64,000 nt of DNA from the NCBI RefSeq assembly GCF_964355755.1, contig NC_092679.1, positions 774,201 through 838,200 on the forward strand, written 5' to 3'. The DNA is from Antedon mediterranea (lineage: Eukaryota; Animalia; Echinodermata). Made by a program: the position numbers and the translations under genes. A model generated the notes under the pieces. It was given only the letters and a program-made list of their open reading frames with translations, was not told the DNA's origin and searched no databases. How positions within the stretch are numbered: the stretch's first letter is position 1; each line of letters begins with the position of its first letter. This document shows positions 49,301-61,660 of the stretch, one piece after another.

Positions 49301-52300
49301 GTGATGTGCCCATATATGGACATGATGATGTCATATCACTACCAACTTTTGGAATAACACTACCATATTTGGGCACATCACACTTTTGATAGTGTAGAGA
49401 GAGCTTTAGGATCACAGATATTATGCTTTAGGTGAAAAGTTCATCTATGGAATGTACTATCTGTGTAATATTCAGCACAAATAGCCTTTCAGAGTGTGTA
49501 CCCTGAATTGACGTACCTGCAGATAATAGAATCTTTGCTGTACAGTGTCTGATAGAGCCTTAGCAGCTGATATCTTCCACTGTCCAGTATCATCCACAAT
49601 ACTTAGGTTATATAAATCTGTCATTATAGACCTGAAATAAAATCATACACAATTTTACTAATATTTCTTATTGTACTATAATTGTAAAGTTGGGTGGCAG
49701 ATTGGTTAAAGCATGGAGGAATTCTTTTATGGTTAAAGCATGGCTCTGTATTGTACAGTATGAAATATGTACATCGTTGAGCTCCTCTTCAGCAATAATT
49801 CTGGTGGTGGTAGCCAAGCATCATAACCACCAAGCCACAACTCCACTGGTAGAAGTCTTCTCTAACAATGACAAATGGAGGTCAAAAAGGTGTTCAATTA
49901 ATGATTAAGGTCACCCTAAAAATGTTGATTTAAGACCAGCCCACTCCATCTAACCCCTCACCCCCATTGATGTTCCATCATTTTAAATGGACCCCCATGT
50001 TTTTCTTGCATTCAATTGAAGCTTTAGCTTTAGAGTTTTGTTGCAGCTCAAGTAATACTTGAGCCACAACAAAACTCCATTCTTTCAACTAACCTTTGTT
50101 GATTGCCAGCATCTTCCAGTACAACATCTATCCTATCTTTTACTATTTTATCACTTGATTTTTCTTTCAGTTTCTGTAATTCTGAACGAACATAAAACCA
50201 AAACTCTGTGATTCCATTATCAACTTTTCTACGTAATTTCTCATGTTCTATTGTTGGCCCTGAATTACATTTGTCATTTGTCTCTTCCTGTGGCACTGAA
50301 AAAGTAAATTACATTCATTTGTTGTTTATCTTATTATACTGTCTATTGTTTAAGCTCTGTCTACATTATCAAACTTTATGAGACAAAACCATGTGATATG
50401 TGCCCATATATGGACATAGAGATGTCATATCACTGCCATATTTGGGCACACCACACTTTTTTGTCAAACTAGTTTGATAGTGTAGACAGTCAGTCTGGTC
50501 TTAAGCTCTGTCTACAATATCACACTTTTTGTGATATGTGATGTGCCCATATATGGACATGTCGTCATATCACCTCATACCATATTTGAGCATATCACAC
50601 TTTTTTTGTCAAACTAGTTTGATAGAGCTCAACTTATACTACTTCCACATCGCCTAGAAAAACTATGGTGTGTGTAACTCCAGCGTTTTTCTAGATGATG
50701 TAAAAAGGGTATATTACATATAATATAGGTATATAATATTCAAGCTTCATACAGTTGTGTATATAAAAAAACATTAAACTGTCTGCACAGTTATTTTGAT
50801 TACAAATATTGTTGAAAGAAATACATGCATTTAATAAGATTAGTTACAAATAACGTTGCTATTCCGTTGCCATGGAAATAACATAGTATCTGGTTTTTAA
50901 AATCATATAAGATGAACTGACAAAAAAAACTGCGTCAAACATTGTTTTGTCTGGTGTTTTTTTTTTTGCTACACCATTTTTTGAAGGTGAAGTAAAACTG
51001 TCATGTAGTTTGTTAATGCTACACTAGCGAAAATGTTCCCGGATGATATATTATTTTCATAAATCATTACTAATGTTCAATAAGAAAAATTAACATTAAG
51101 ACTAATGAATTCCTTTTAAATAAAATATGCAAATATATAAGGAACATGCAGAAAAAATGTATTTTACACAGAAATGAACAAACTGTTAAATGCGAACAAA
51201 CTAAATCAGTGAAGCTATACAAAAACAAAACATAATATATAGTTTAAAATGCATTAAACACACAATTCTGATCAGGTTATCTAGATAAATTTTAAAATTA
51301 ATTAAACTGAGATTACAAAAAAAAACTTTAATTGTTTTTCATCACTTCAGGTGAAATTACATTATCATTTCAAAAAGCTTGGTTCCTATTTGAATGCAAC
51401 GCAAGGACATAACAATACCGCAAGTTATTTGACCAATCACAATGTCATTAACCATACGTTTGCTTGTAATTGGTCGCACCTACACTGTTCAAATGTGTTA
51501 TTCAACATGTGTCAAGAATGAATATACAATGTAATGCTTTCTTATATTGACTAATGTTTGTGTAATTGTACAATTATTTTAACTTTTTTTATCTGTACAA
51601 ACGTTTTCTTAGTTTAAGTTTGTTATTATGAGAGTTTCCGAAATAGAAAAATGAATGAATTTCTGTTTTAGCAATTTTGTAAACTTAAAACATAGAGATA
51701 TGGAAATCAAACTGCATTTATTTATTTATTTTTTACAATGTAAATACCAATTACATAATAATACAATGTTCATCAATTTGGTAGCATCATGGAATAGTAG
51801 TAAATCATTGAATAGCATCAACACTAAATTGAATCAGAATTTGTGCATTGACTATTCTTACTGAGACAAGCTATTACTGATAGTATTTTCCTTGGCATTC
51901 CATAGCTGATTTCCTCTAGTACTGTAGTAGCAGCAAACATCATGCTTCAGTGCACACGGTGTCACAAGTTATGCTTGAATGCACAAAATGTCATATGTTA
52001 TGCTTCAACGCATACACACCTTGTCACTTACCCAATTTGGTTACATGGCCATCGTTGACCAATTCTTTACGAACCAATTCAAGTTCTTCTTGCAAATCTT
52101 TTATATGACTTTGATCATTTCTCACATTTAGCACAGAAAGTTCTTTTTGTAACTTACTAAAAAAGAAGCAAAAGTAAAAATGAAAACATAAAATACTCCG
52201 CAAATCAGCATAGTTTTCAAGCAATGAATATTTTTACTGTAATACTTACAGTAATTAATTGTTAATTAATAAACAAGATACAGAAATAATAATAGAAAGG

Positions 52301-54074
52301 CTGTATAATGTATAGCATTAACTTAATCTAATGTCCTATATGTTACATTATAATTTTCAAAATTAGGGAGAGAGGGGGTGGGGTTTGCCTGGCAGTAGTT
52401 AAATTGACAAACCTATGAGAGGGGATGGGGTTTGCCTGGCAGTAGTTAAATTGACAAACCTATGAGAGGGGATGGGGTTTGCCTGGCAGTAGTTAAAATG
52501 ACAAACCTATGAGAGGGGATGGGGTTTGCCTGGCAGTAGTTAAATTGACAAACCTATGAGAGGGGATGGGGTTTGCCTGGCAGTAGTTAAATTGACAAAC
52601 CTATGAGAGGGGGTGGGGTTTGCCTGGCAGTAGTTAAATTGACAAACCTATGAGGGGGGGGGGGTGGGGTTTGCCTGGCAGTAGTTAATTTGACAAACCT
52701 ATGAGAGGGGATGGGGTTTGCCTGGCAGTAGTTAAATTGACAAACCTATGAGAGGGGATGGGGTTTGCCTGGCAGTAGTTAAATTGACAAACCTATGAGA
52801 GGGGATGGGGTTTGCCTGGCAGTAGTTAAATTGACAAACCTATGAGAGGGGGTGGGGTTTGCCTGGCAGTAGTTAAATTGACAAACCTATGAGAGGGGAT
52901 GGGGTTTGCCTGGCAGTAGTTAAATTGACAAACCTATGAGAGGGGATGGGGTTTGCCTGGCAGTAGTTAAATTGACAAACCTATGAGAGGGGATGGGGTT
53001 TGCCTGGCAGTTAGTTAAATTGACAAACCTATGAATCTCTTTTCTACATGTATTCTATTATGTTTTTTTTTTGTCTGCATTTTTAATTTAAACTTATTTA
53101 CGCAATTAATTTGGCAAATATGGACATCCGTAAAATGTTACAGAATTTATAATATAAAGTTTCTATTGAAAGATTATAATATACAAATAGACACATTTGC
53201 AATAAGTGTTACAATCTAATACGATGTAATTTAATACGTTTATTGCTATGCATTATCGGCTGTAATATTCACAATTTCATAAATTTAAGGGGTTTAAATT
53301 TATTGCACAAAATGCTTGGATAAACATTAATACGATACATTTATTATTGTATTAGTCTTAGTTCTCAATTTCAGTTCTACTCTAAATTTTATAATAAATA
53401 AAGTTTTCTTTTTACTTTGAAATGAAATATAGTCCTGTACATAAATTGCAACTTGAATTTTCTTAGCATTAAAATGTTATAATGGTATAGTAATTTAAGA
53501 ATGACTAAATTGATGACAATATGTAAAGTGAAACTGAATACTGATTATAAAACGAATGAAATGTAGTTTGGTACCAAGTTCCAATTTCATCAATTTATTA
53601 CATCAAACTTCACAAATATTGTTTGCAGAGTTAACGACATTTATTGTTTATCATACAAAATTCATTTATCAATGAGTGAATTAAGGATAGGTATTTATCG
53701 GCAAAAAGTAATGTTACATTGTTTATTCAATTTGGCCCTATACCAAACTTCCTATTGTTATCAGAGTATGTAACAACATTTATTGTTTATCATACAAAAT
53801 TCATTTATCATTTTAGGTTTTTTCTTGGCAGTAAAAAATAATGTTACATCGTTTATTCAAGTTTTATACCACAACTTCCTTACCCCAATTCCATTGCTCC
53901 ATTTTGTAAGCGATCATTTTGTTGTTTTAAATTATGTAGTTCTCGTAAAACTCGTTTTAATTCTTTTGCCGTCTGCGCCGAATTATCAGGCTGATAGAAA
54001 CTGCCACCGAGATAGAGTAATCCACCGAGCCAGCATATTGCCAGAAGTATTGCAAACTTGGAGGTTGTCTTCAT
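43364..54074 (-). CDS. FUT8: Alpha-(1,6)-fucosyltransferase (GT23), 9 coding exons
   Basis: Exons 54074-53884 (TM anchor), 52156-52032, 50295-50094, 49631-49517, ~49120-48883 ([15 protein letters not shown]), ~45842-45595, ~45417-45242 ([22 protein letters not shown]), ~44560-44410 ([18 protein letters not shown]), 43702-43364 ([11 protein letters not shown] plus SH3 domain [11 protein letters not shown]). GT-AG introns with compatible phases where I checked them. Confidence 0.96.
44005..44123. repeat. 11-bp tandem repeat, about 11 copies
   Basis: (AGAGATAATAG)n in the last FUT8 intron. Confidence 0.9.
48606..50628. mobile_element. Cluster of five MITE H1 copies in FUT8 introns
   Basis: Copies at about 48606-48756, 49160-49260, 49263-49404, 50353-50488 and 50504-50628, including two adjacent pairs. 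Confidence 0.7.
52370..53033. repeat. 47-bp G-rich minisatellite, about 14 copies
   Basis: Unit GAGAGGGGATGGGGTTTGCCTGGCAGTAGTTAAATTGACAAACCTAT, nearly invariant. Confidence 0.95.
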
Positions 54075-54316
54075 GTTGCTATGGAAACTATGAAGAGAAT
54101 AACATTTGGTTTTAATGCAATAATTATTTATTCATTGGCTTCATAGACATAGTCAGAGAAACCTGTTTTTTGAATTGTTTATACAGTATTATTATTATTA
54201 TGTTGTTAAAACATATTTTAACCCTGTATTAAGTTTTGATTGCCACTGATGTAAATAAATATTAATTACACCAATAAATATTACAATAGTTAAGCCAATA
54301 AATATTACAATAATAA

Positions 54317-55503
54317 CTAGAAAGCCACTCCGAAAGTGCATACCTCCGCCTACTGTAAAATTCTCCTACATAAGATATCTCTGGGAAAAAATATATATAT
54401 ATTTGTGTGTGTCTTAATGCTGTTTGTGATTTAGGCTAATTTCACTACAAGCATGGTATGTAACAAGCCTTTCAATTAAAGCCCCATTCCCTACGTTTTT
54501 TAGATCTAATTTAAGATCACAAACTATATTTAATGTAAAAATAATACTATATGGTCCTATTGCGATAACTTTTTTCGTCTTTAAACGGTTAAAAATGTGA
54601 AAAATAAGTCGATTCTAATAATTATAGCGGCCCGCTATAAATCCCAAAATGCATTGCGCGCGGATTGATATTTTTGTTTTTCACCTGTAATTCGCCCACT
54701 TTTCGATCGATCGTGAGGCCAAAACAAATGAAAGACTCCTAACTTTTCAGCGAAAATACCGGGTTTTCCCCAATTTGTATCAACGGAGTCTGGCAAAAAT
54801 AGAAAGACAATTAATGCAGCAACTATACAACGTCAGGCTAGGTATATAGCTCGCGTACGATGTTTGTACGTTACCGATGTTTACCAGCTAGGCCTACAAA
54901 ACTAAGCCTAGCTAGGCCTACATTTAAGACAAGAAATGACATGGTTTAATGTTTTTAAAGTGATATATATGTATTATTTTCCCAAAAACGTCCAAAATTG
55001 CAGGGAAGGGGTCTTTAACAATAGCTTCAGTTGACTAACAAAAGAACAGCAACGCGAAAATCAAACGTGTGAATTTAAAACGAAATATGTTTTTTAAACT
55101 ACTTGCATCAACAAAGGTGCACATTAAATCAAATTATGTTTTAAAATTACGAATCACAAATTATAACCATTGCCTCTTGTACAAAAATTAAGTTTTTTGG
55201 ACAAGTAGTTCTCAAGAAAATGTAATTTCAGTTTACTTGTTACTTTAAGACTGCTCGCCGGCTTTTGAAAAATTCAGTCCTATCTTTAAACACTAGCAGG
55301 TCTGAATAGTGTATTAAAAAGTGGTCCAGAATTGGGACCATGGTCCCAAAATTTAATGTAATGGTCCTTGACCACATATCTATCTGTATATTAATTTTGG
55401 TAAAGATATTGTAATTACTTTTTGAGTAATCCTGCTAACAAACAAACAGACAGACAAACAAACACACGCGATCGATTACATATACCTCCTTGGCGGAGGT
55501 AAA
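54317..55503 (-). mobile_element. HINE family 2, copy 2 (interrupted)
   Basis: Colinear with 18172-18838, with the same termini. Carries a 535-bp insertion and lacks about 20 bp near 54455. Confidence 0.8.
54480..55014. mobile_element. Kolobok-like non-autonomous DNA transposon
   Basis: TTAA TSD (54476-79 and 55015-18) and imperfect TIR AGCCCCATTCCCT...AGGGAAGGGGTCT. The empty site TTCAATTAACAATAG is present in the paralogous copy at about 18355-18369. Confidence 0.8.
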
Positions 55504-58500
55504 TTACGCCAATAAATATTATCAAATCCTATTATCAATATGCATGTAAATTGCAAAGATAAAATGTATTTATTCATTGAAATCATGCAATTCTAAATCC
55601 TATTTATTTATACATACACTGTACAGAAGAGAAACTAAAGCTCTGTCTGCACTATCAAAAAAATTTGATGTGCCCATATACTGTATGGACACGGTCATAT
55701 CACTACTATATTTGGGCACATCACACTTTTTTTGTCAAAAACTACAGTAGTTTGATTGTGTAGCAGAGCTTTATAGAAAATGTATTCATTAGTATTATAT
55801 GAGGCACAATCAAAGAAATATAAATCCTATTATTTATCGGTATGTTTTTATGGAACAATTTCATGTTTAATTGGAAATCCCATCATGAAAAAAAATACTA
55901 CTTGCTGGAGTTAGATATTGAAGGGGAAGTGGCAAAGGTCAAGGTTTTTAGGTAGGAAAATTATACTCTTGCAGTGTCTTCTAGTTTTCATCTGTTTCAA
56001 TATTTATTCAGTCACCACTGAATAATAATCAGGAGTGAGAATGCAGAAAACAAAAATCATAATTGTATGACCATATCCAAAATTAAACATTGTTTTATGA
56101 ATATTTCATTTTTGCAGATGGTGCGATGGCAAATGCGTTAAGTGAGGTTTTCTTCCATCATTGTTTATTTAGTGTGAAGAATTTAGATTTAGATTTAGTT
56201 AGAAATTACAAAAAATGGTTTTGCAATTAAGCAGGAAAAAAAATATGGAAAAAACATCAATAAATCATGTTACAGGTTCAAGCTGACGTTTCACAATTTG
56301 TTTTCTAATTATAAATTGACAACTTCAATTATAGAATAAAAAATGATTTTTATAAATTTTTAATAAATTTGTCTTGTCAAAATTGCTTGTATACTGAATG
56401 TGAGTGACCTTTGACCTTTATATCGTTGTAAACTCTGTATTCAAAATATAAATCTGTGTTGATGATTCTAATTTTCATAACCAATTAAAATTCATGAGCA
56501 ATGACATTATGGTGTATCTGTTCTAAGTAGAATTAATTGCAAGAAGAATGGGTTAATCCTAAGACAACAGCGTGTAATGGATCCAGGGTAATGACTTAGA
56601 TGATGTAACTCTGTAATGACCGTCGATATGGCCAAAAGCAATACCGATAATATCATATCTCAAGAATAACAAACTGTGCCAATTTGAAACTAGTACTCAC
56701 GTTATTACCGTATAATAATAATATACAGAAAGAAAATAAAAAAATATAAATTATAGTAGGCCTAGAACTCATACTGTTGATACCTCCAATCATGGGACAC
56801 CCCCGTAAGGGGAAAATTTTCCATCAAACAGGGAGAGGACAGAAATGTTTTAACACTACAGCCAAGCCAACCCATATTAAGGTGACATTTTTTTGGTTCC
56901 AAAGATAGCTACTATACAATGTGCCCATATATGGACATGATGATGTCATAACACTACCATATTTGGGCATATCACTTTTTTTTTTTCAAACTAGTTTGAT
57001 AGCGCAGACAGAGCTTTATATTTTACTAGTAACTGGTCAATTAAGGTTTATTGGATTGTTTAAAATTAAAAGGCTTATGTTTTTTGACCAAGTTTATTAA
57101 ATATTGATACAGCTGTTTCACCATAAACAAACTACTATCCAACTGTGTCCACTAAAGCTAGATTCAATGATTCCTCACAGGTTAATGAGACCATAACAAT
57201 AAAAAAGCAAAGTTAATATAATGACAGGAAACATTCTAATTAACAATTTGATACCCTACTAGGTTTAACAGCGAATTCTTGGGTAAAGGCGGTGTTGACA
57301 TTCTAAGTAGAGTAGTAGGGTCTACTGTTTATGGCATATATAGCAAAGTCTGCAAGCTGGTGGGGTCACTAAGTAAGCTGCGGTTTTGCAGCTGGCGGGG
57401 GTCACAACGAGTAAAGCTGCAGTTTCTTCTCTACCACTGAGTTTGTGTCATGGCCCTGCAACCAGATTGTATTTTTAAATTAATAACTGGATGTTGTGTT
57501 GTAATTTAGGCAAGAATGTAGGAGAGAATTCAAGTTGGAGATACCCAGGTTTTTGTTGCACAATAATTGTGTAACCTGTTTTTAATTCTGTATCTGTCCA
57601 ATCACATGTGCTAATTTGATAGCACTTTCTAGGACTGGTCAGACTGGTCAGCGTCCTACAGCTGGGATAGCAATTTATTCAGTGTGGAACATGATGAACA
57701 AAACGGGTGTCTAAAGTGACATTTCCATCCCAGCCTTCAAGATTCTGTGTAACAAGTCCTGTCACATGTGTCACATGTTAAACTTATTTCCGACATTGCC
57801 TACTGTTCAATTCAGAACCCTAGTTGGTTGTTATTCATTTGTTATTGCGAGAATTCCAGGTCCTGTCACGTTAAAATTCTATCTCTTGCCAAATGTGTGA
57901 AATGCACTTTTGGTTGCCATGGGTGCCGCCATGTTTCAAAATCCCCAAGCAGAGCCATCTAAATGTATGAAAACAGGAAGAGGTCACCGCCTGGCCGAAT
58001 GTTTTAAAATCTCAGTACGTTTTGTCAACTACCACATGATTACTATGTTTTCATAGAACGACAGTTTATCTATCATTATACATACAACATTGAGATGTTC
58101 GATAGAATTAAATATTTCACAACAATCTTTTCAAATTCCATTTAGACTACAACCTCATGAGTATCATTATTCTTTTCACTGGGCCCAGTGGTAGCACATA
58201 GGTGTCCAATTATGCATCTCATTAAACAAATCTAATTAAGATGTCAAATTTGACAGGGTCTATTTATAAAATGCTGATTGAAATAAGTTGTCAATTATGG
58301 AGTCAAATATTTCAATTAATATCTGGTATTCTAGTTGATTAAATTTAGTCTCTGAAACTGAACACACAGAGATTCATGGTTTTGTAACTGACAAATTCAT
58401 TTTCAAAAGTGTAATGTCCATTTCTGTTGGACAAGAATGGTGGCCGCCAATCAGACACCAGGATGTAAACTACCAATACATTTTATTTAAAATGTCTGTT

Positions 58501-61440
58501 ATGTATTATCAACAGTTTTCTACTAATTTACTAAGCTCTCAGAATCTTTTTTTTAAGGACATTACCTTTCAAATCTAGTTTTTTAAAATTTTTTAATAGT
58601 TTTTACTTACTGTGTGCCGTATGTTATGCACTCGCCATCTGATTAAAACTCTGGTTCATGACATATTAAAATTCAATTTAAAAGTACACATCAATATCTC
58701 TCTAAACAACCATTGTAATTATTATGAGAGACAAACGGAAGATATTATAGCAGTTTGATTTAATTTTGTCTGTACTTACGTGTACACTTTTGTATAGAGA
58801 CAGAAATTATTTTGTGTTATCCTGAAAGGCTTGCAATAGTTAGTAATTTCATTGTTTATTCTTAACCTCATTATTCTGAAAGTCTGTTTACATCAAATTA
58901 TTTTTGACACATTTCTTTGTGCGGGTTCAAGGAACAATTAACCGACTTCCTTCATTGCTTTCATTAACTACACAAGTTATTACAAATGATTAATTACTAA
59001 TAGCAATTTAAAAAACATGTATATACTGCAAGTGTATAGTAACTCTCCCAATTAACCCGGGCTCGGCTAATATGTCTGGCTTTCCAGAAATTCTGATATT
59101 CCAAATGTCTTAAGGCCAATTTACACTAGACAAGCGGTAACGGTAAGCCAAAAACTGGGTAGCTTGTCCCACATAGAATCTGTATCTATCTTGAGCTGCA
59201 CTCTAAATGGTCTGGTCATAATGAATAACTACTACCGTATTTTATATTTTTTAAATATCTTGTTTATTTTTATAGCGTATTAGGAGAGTTGTATCAAGTT
59301 TTCATGTTTTCTGCTGACTTTTGGCTTTTTTTTTTTAAATTGGCTTTTACTAAAAAAAAAAATGTAAAAAAGGATGTAAATTATAAATAAATCCTGAATT
59401 GAGTTATGCCAATTCTTTGTCATATTTTGTCATGATTTTGAAGGATCTTGTTCTAATGTTGTAATAGGTATATGGAACCAAATAATACTTTGTAGTCAAT
59501 ATAAAGTTGAAAAGAAAGTGTTTAAACTTTTGTTATTACATTAAGTTAATTGCATTCCCGTGGGGAAGGGGAGGCTCCATTATAAAACAGGAACACGTTC
59601 AGACTAATAGTTACTACTACAGTTTTTGCTGTAAGTTTTACGAAATAACTCGGTAAAAACGTGCACGAATAATTCACTTCACATTTTTTTAAACTATATT
59701 GGTGTTTTTTTAAAACCAACAAATTGTGAGATAAAATATTTAATGTGTTCACTGTTTACTAGTATATTGCTGGCATTTGGTCATTTTGGGAGAATATCTG
59801 TTTTTTTATGTTTTTACAACATATAACACACCTACACTGATGTAACATACACTATTAAAAGTTGGCAGCTAATCCACTTTTCTTAGCCAAAATATAAGTG
59901 ATATCAGCATGAAATGTTTGCCAAAATGTTTTACATATTCAAGGCATGCTATTCCTCGTGGGCAACTGTTAAAGTTATAATTTATGACTTGTAAAATACA
60001 AAATTAAGTAGAGAAGGTGTTACTATAGGCACTACATAAAGAAGGTCTCATTCACACTTCAATTTTACAATTTGATCACATGGGTCACTTTCAAATGTTT
60101 CATGTTTAAAACATTGTATACTTTATATTTATACATTATCTTCAACCTTTGTTCAAACTAATTAAATAAATTAACCTTTGTCCACACTGATATAATAAGA
60201 AGTGTAGCTTTGTCATTAAGTCTTGTCCACAACGATTTAAGGAATAAATTCAATATGTAGTTGTGTTCACACTATAGAACTTGGTCTGTAGCAATCTAAA
60301 TGTTCTATAAATTTACATGGCAACCAATTCCTTCAACCATAATGACCTGACATGTGCACTAGGTCTAAGTGTTGCCAACTCTTATCTTTGTGAAGACATT
60401 CTAAGTTTTATGCTTGTAAACAACAAACTTATGCACACTCAGTACAACCTCAAATAAAACTTAATGTGAACATTTTACAGCTTGCTAATAGCTATTTTAA
60501 AATTTGTTGGAATCGTAAAACAGATAAAATTGCATTAAGAATTGTAGAATCTGATAAGACTTACAATTTATATGTCTAAAATCAATAAAGCTATAAACGA
60601 ATTATTCACAAAAAACAAGTCGTCATAGCAAACAATAACACTATTTTTTAATAATAGGCTGATACACAATAAAAAAACTATTGACAATTCTCTTTGTGTA
60701 CAAAACAAGATATATAAAGACTTTCTATCTTTGCTTCTGAAAAACAAAATTAATTGTAATAAATGCATGCCTACAGAAAATAGATGTTTTTAGTATGCAA
60801 TAAACAAAAATAATATTTGCAATTAAGTGAATGAAAATAATCATTGTCGTCAAATTTCCTCGTTAAATCAAACTTGAAAGATTAATCAGACGTGAAGGAT
60901 ATTGGTAAAATATATAACCATAATCTCCAATCTTGACGATAATTTCTTGAAGCATTGATGGAATAATTGTAAAGCCACCCTTGGGTCTACAAATGATATG
61001 AAAAGCTAAACAATACCGAGGCAACAGATTACTACAATCTACAGAATTCATGCGACGGACAACACAAATTTGAAAGGTAATCAAAGCAGCTAATGAGCCT
61101 TTCAACATGACGAGAAATATATAAATAATACAAATGATATTTGAAAATATTGCTGTTGTAATGAGAAAATGACTAGTTACAAATATAAAGTGATAGGACA
61201 TCCATATAGGAGATTATTTGAAAGGTGTCAGGGAGGGTGACTTTCAAATCATAGGGTGAAGCCGGCCTAGGCTCCACTTGCATTTTTTGTTACCCTCGGC
61301 CACCCACATTTTAAAGTCCTCCGCCAATGACCCGAACAATCGGATACACTTACAACCTACAAGCTAACCAACGGCCAAATTTTATGTGATAGAATCAGTT
61401 ACATCCTCTACTGATCTTTAATTTGAAAAGGGAAATTTAG

Positions 61441-61660
61441 AGGGAGAGGGAGCCTGGCTACAGAATGCAACCAACAGTAGTAAAATGAGGCTGTAACACA
61501 ACTGTATAGGTTAGAGTGGGAGGGAGCCTGGCTACAGAATGCAACCAACAGTAGTAAAATGAGGCTGTAACACAAATTGTCAACTGTATGGGTTAGAGTG
61601 ATACAATACAACCAACAGTAGTAAAATGAGGCTGTAACTGTATGGGTTAGAGTGATACAT
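61441..61660. repeat. Complex local tandem repeat (about 3 partial units)
   Basis: CAACCAACAGTAGTAAAATGAGGCTGTAAC x3, ACTGTATRGGTTAGAGTG x3 and GAGGGAGCCTGGCTACAGAATG x2. Confidence 0.8.

Noticed and set aside
53635-53870. Degenerate local duplications (also about 4965-5250, 24370-24495, 35705-35940 and 62990-63240)
   Set aside because: Ordinary old intronic tandem duplications with no sign of function.
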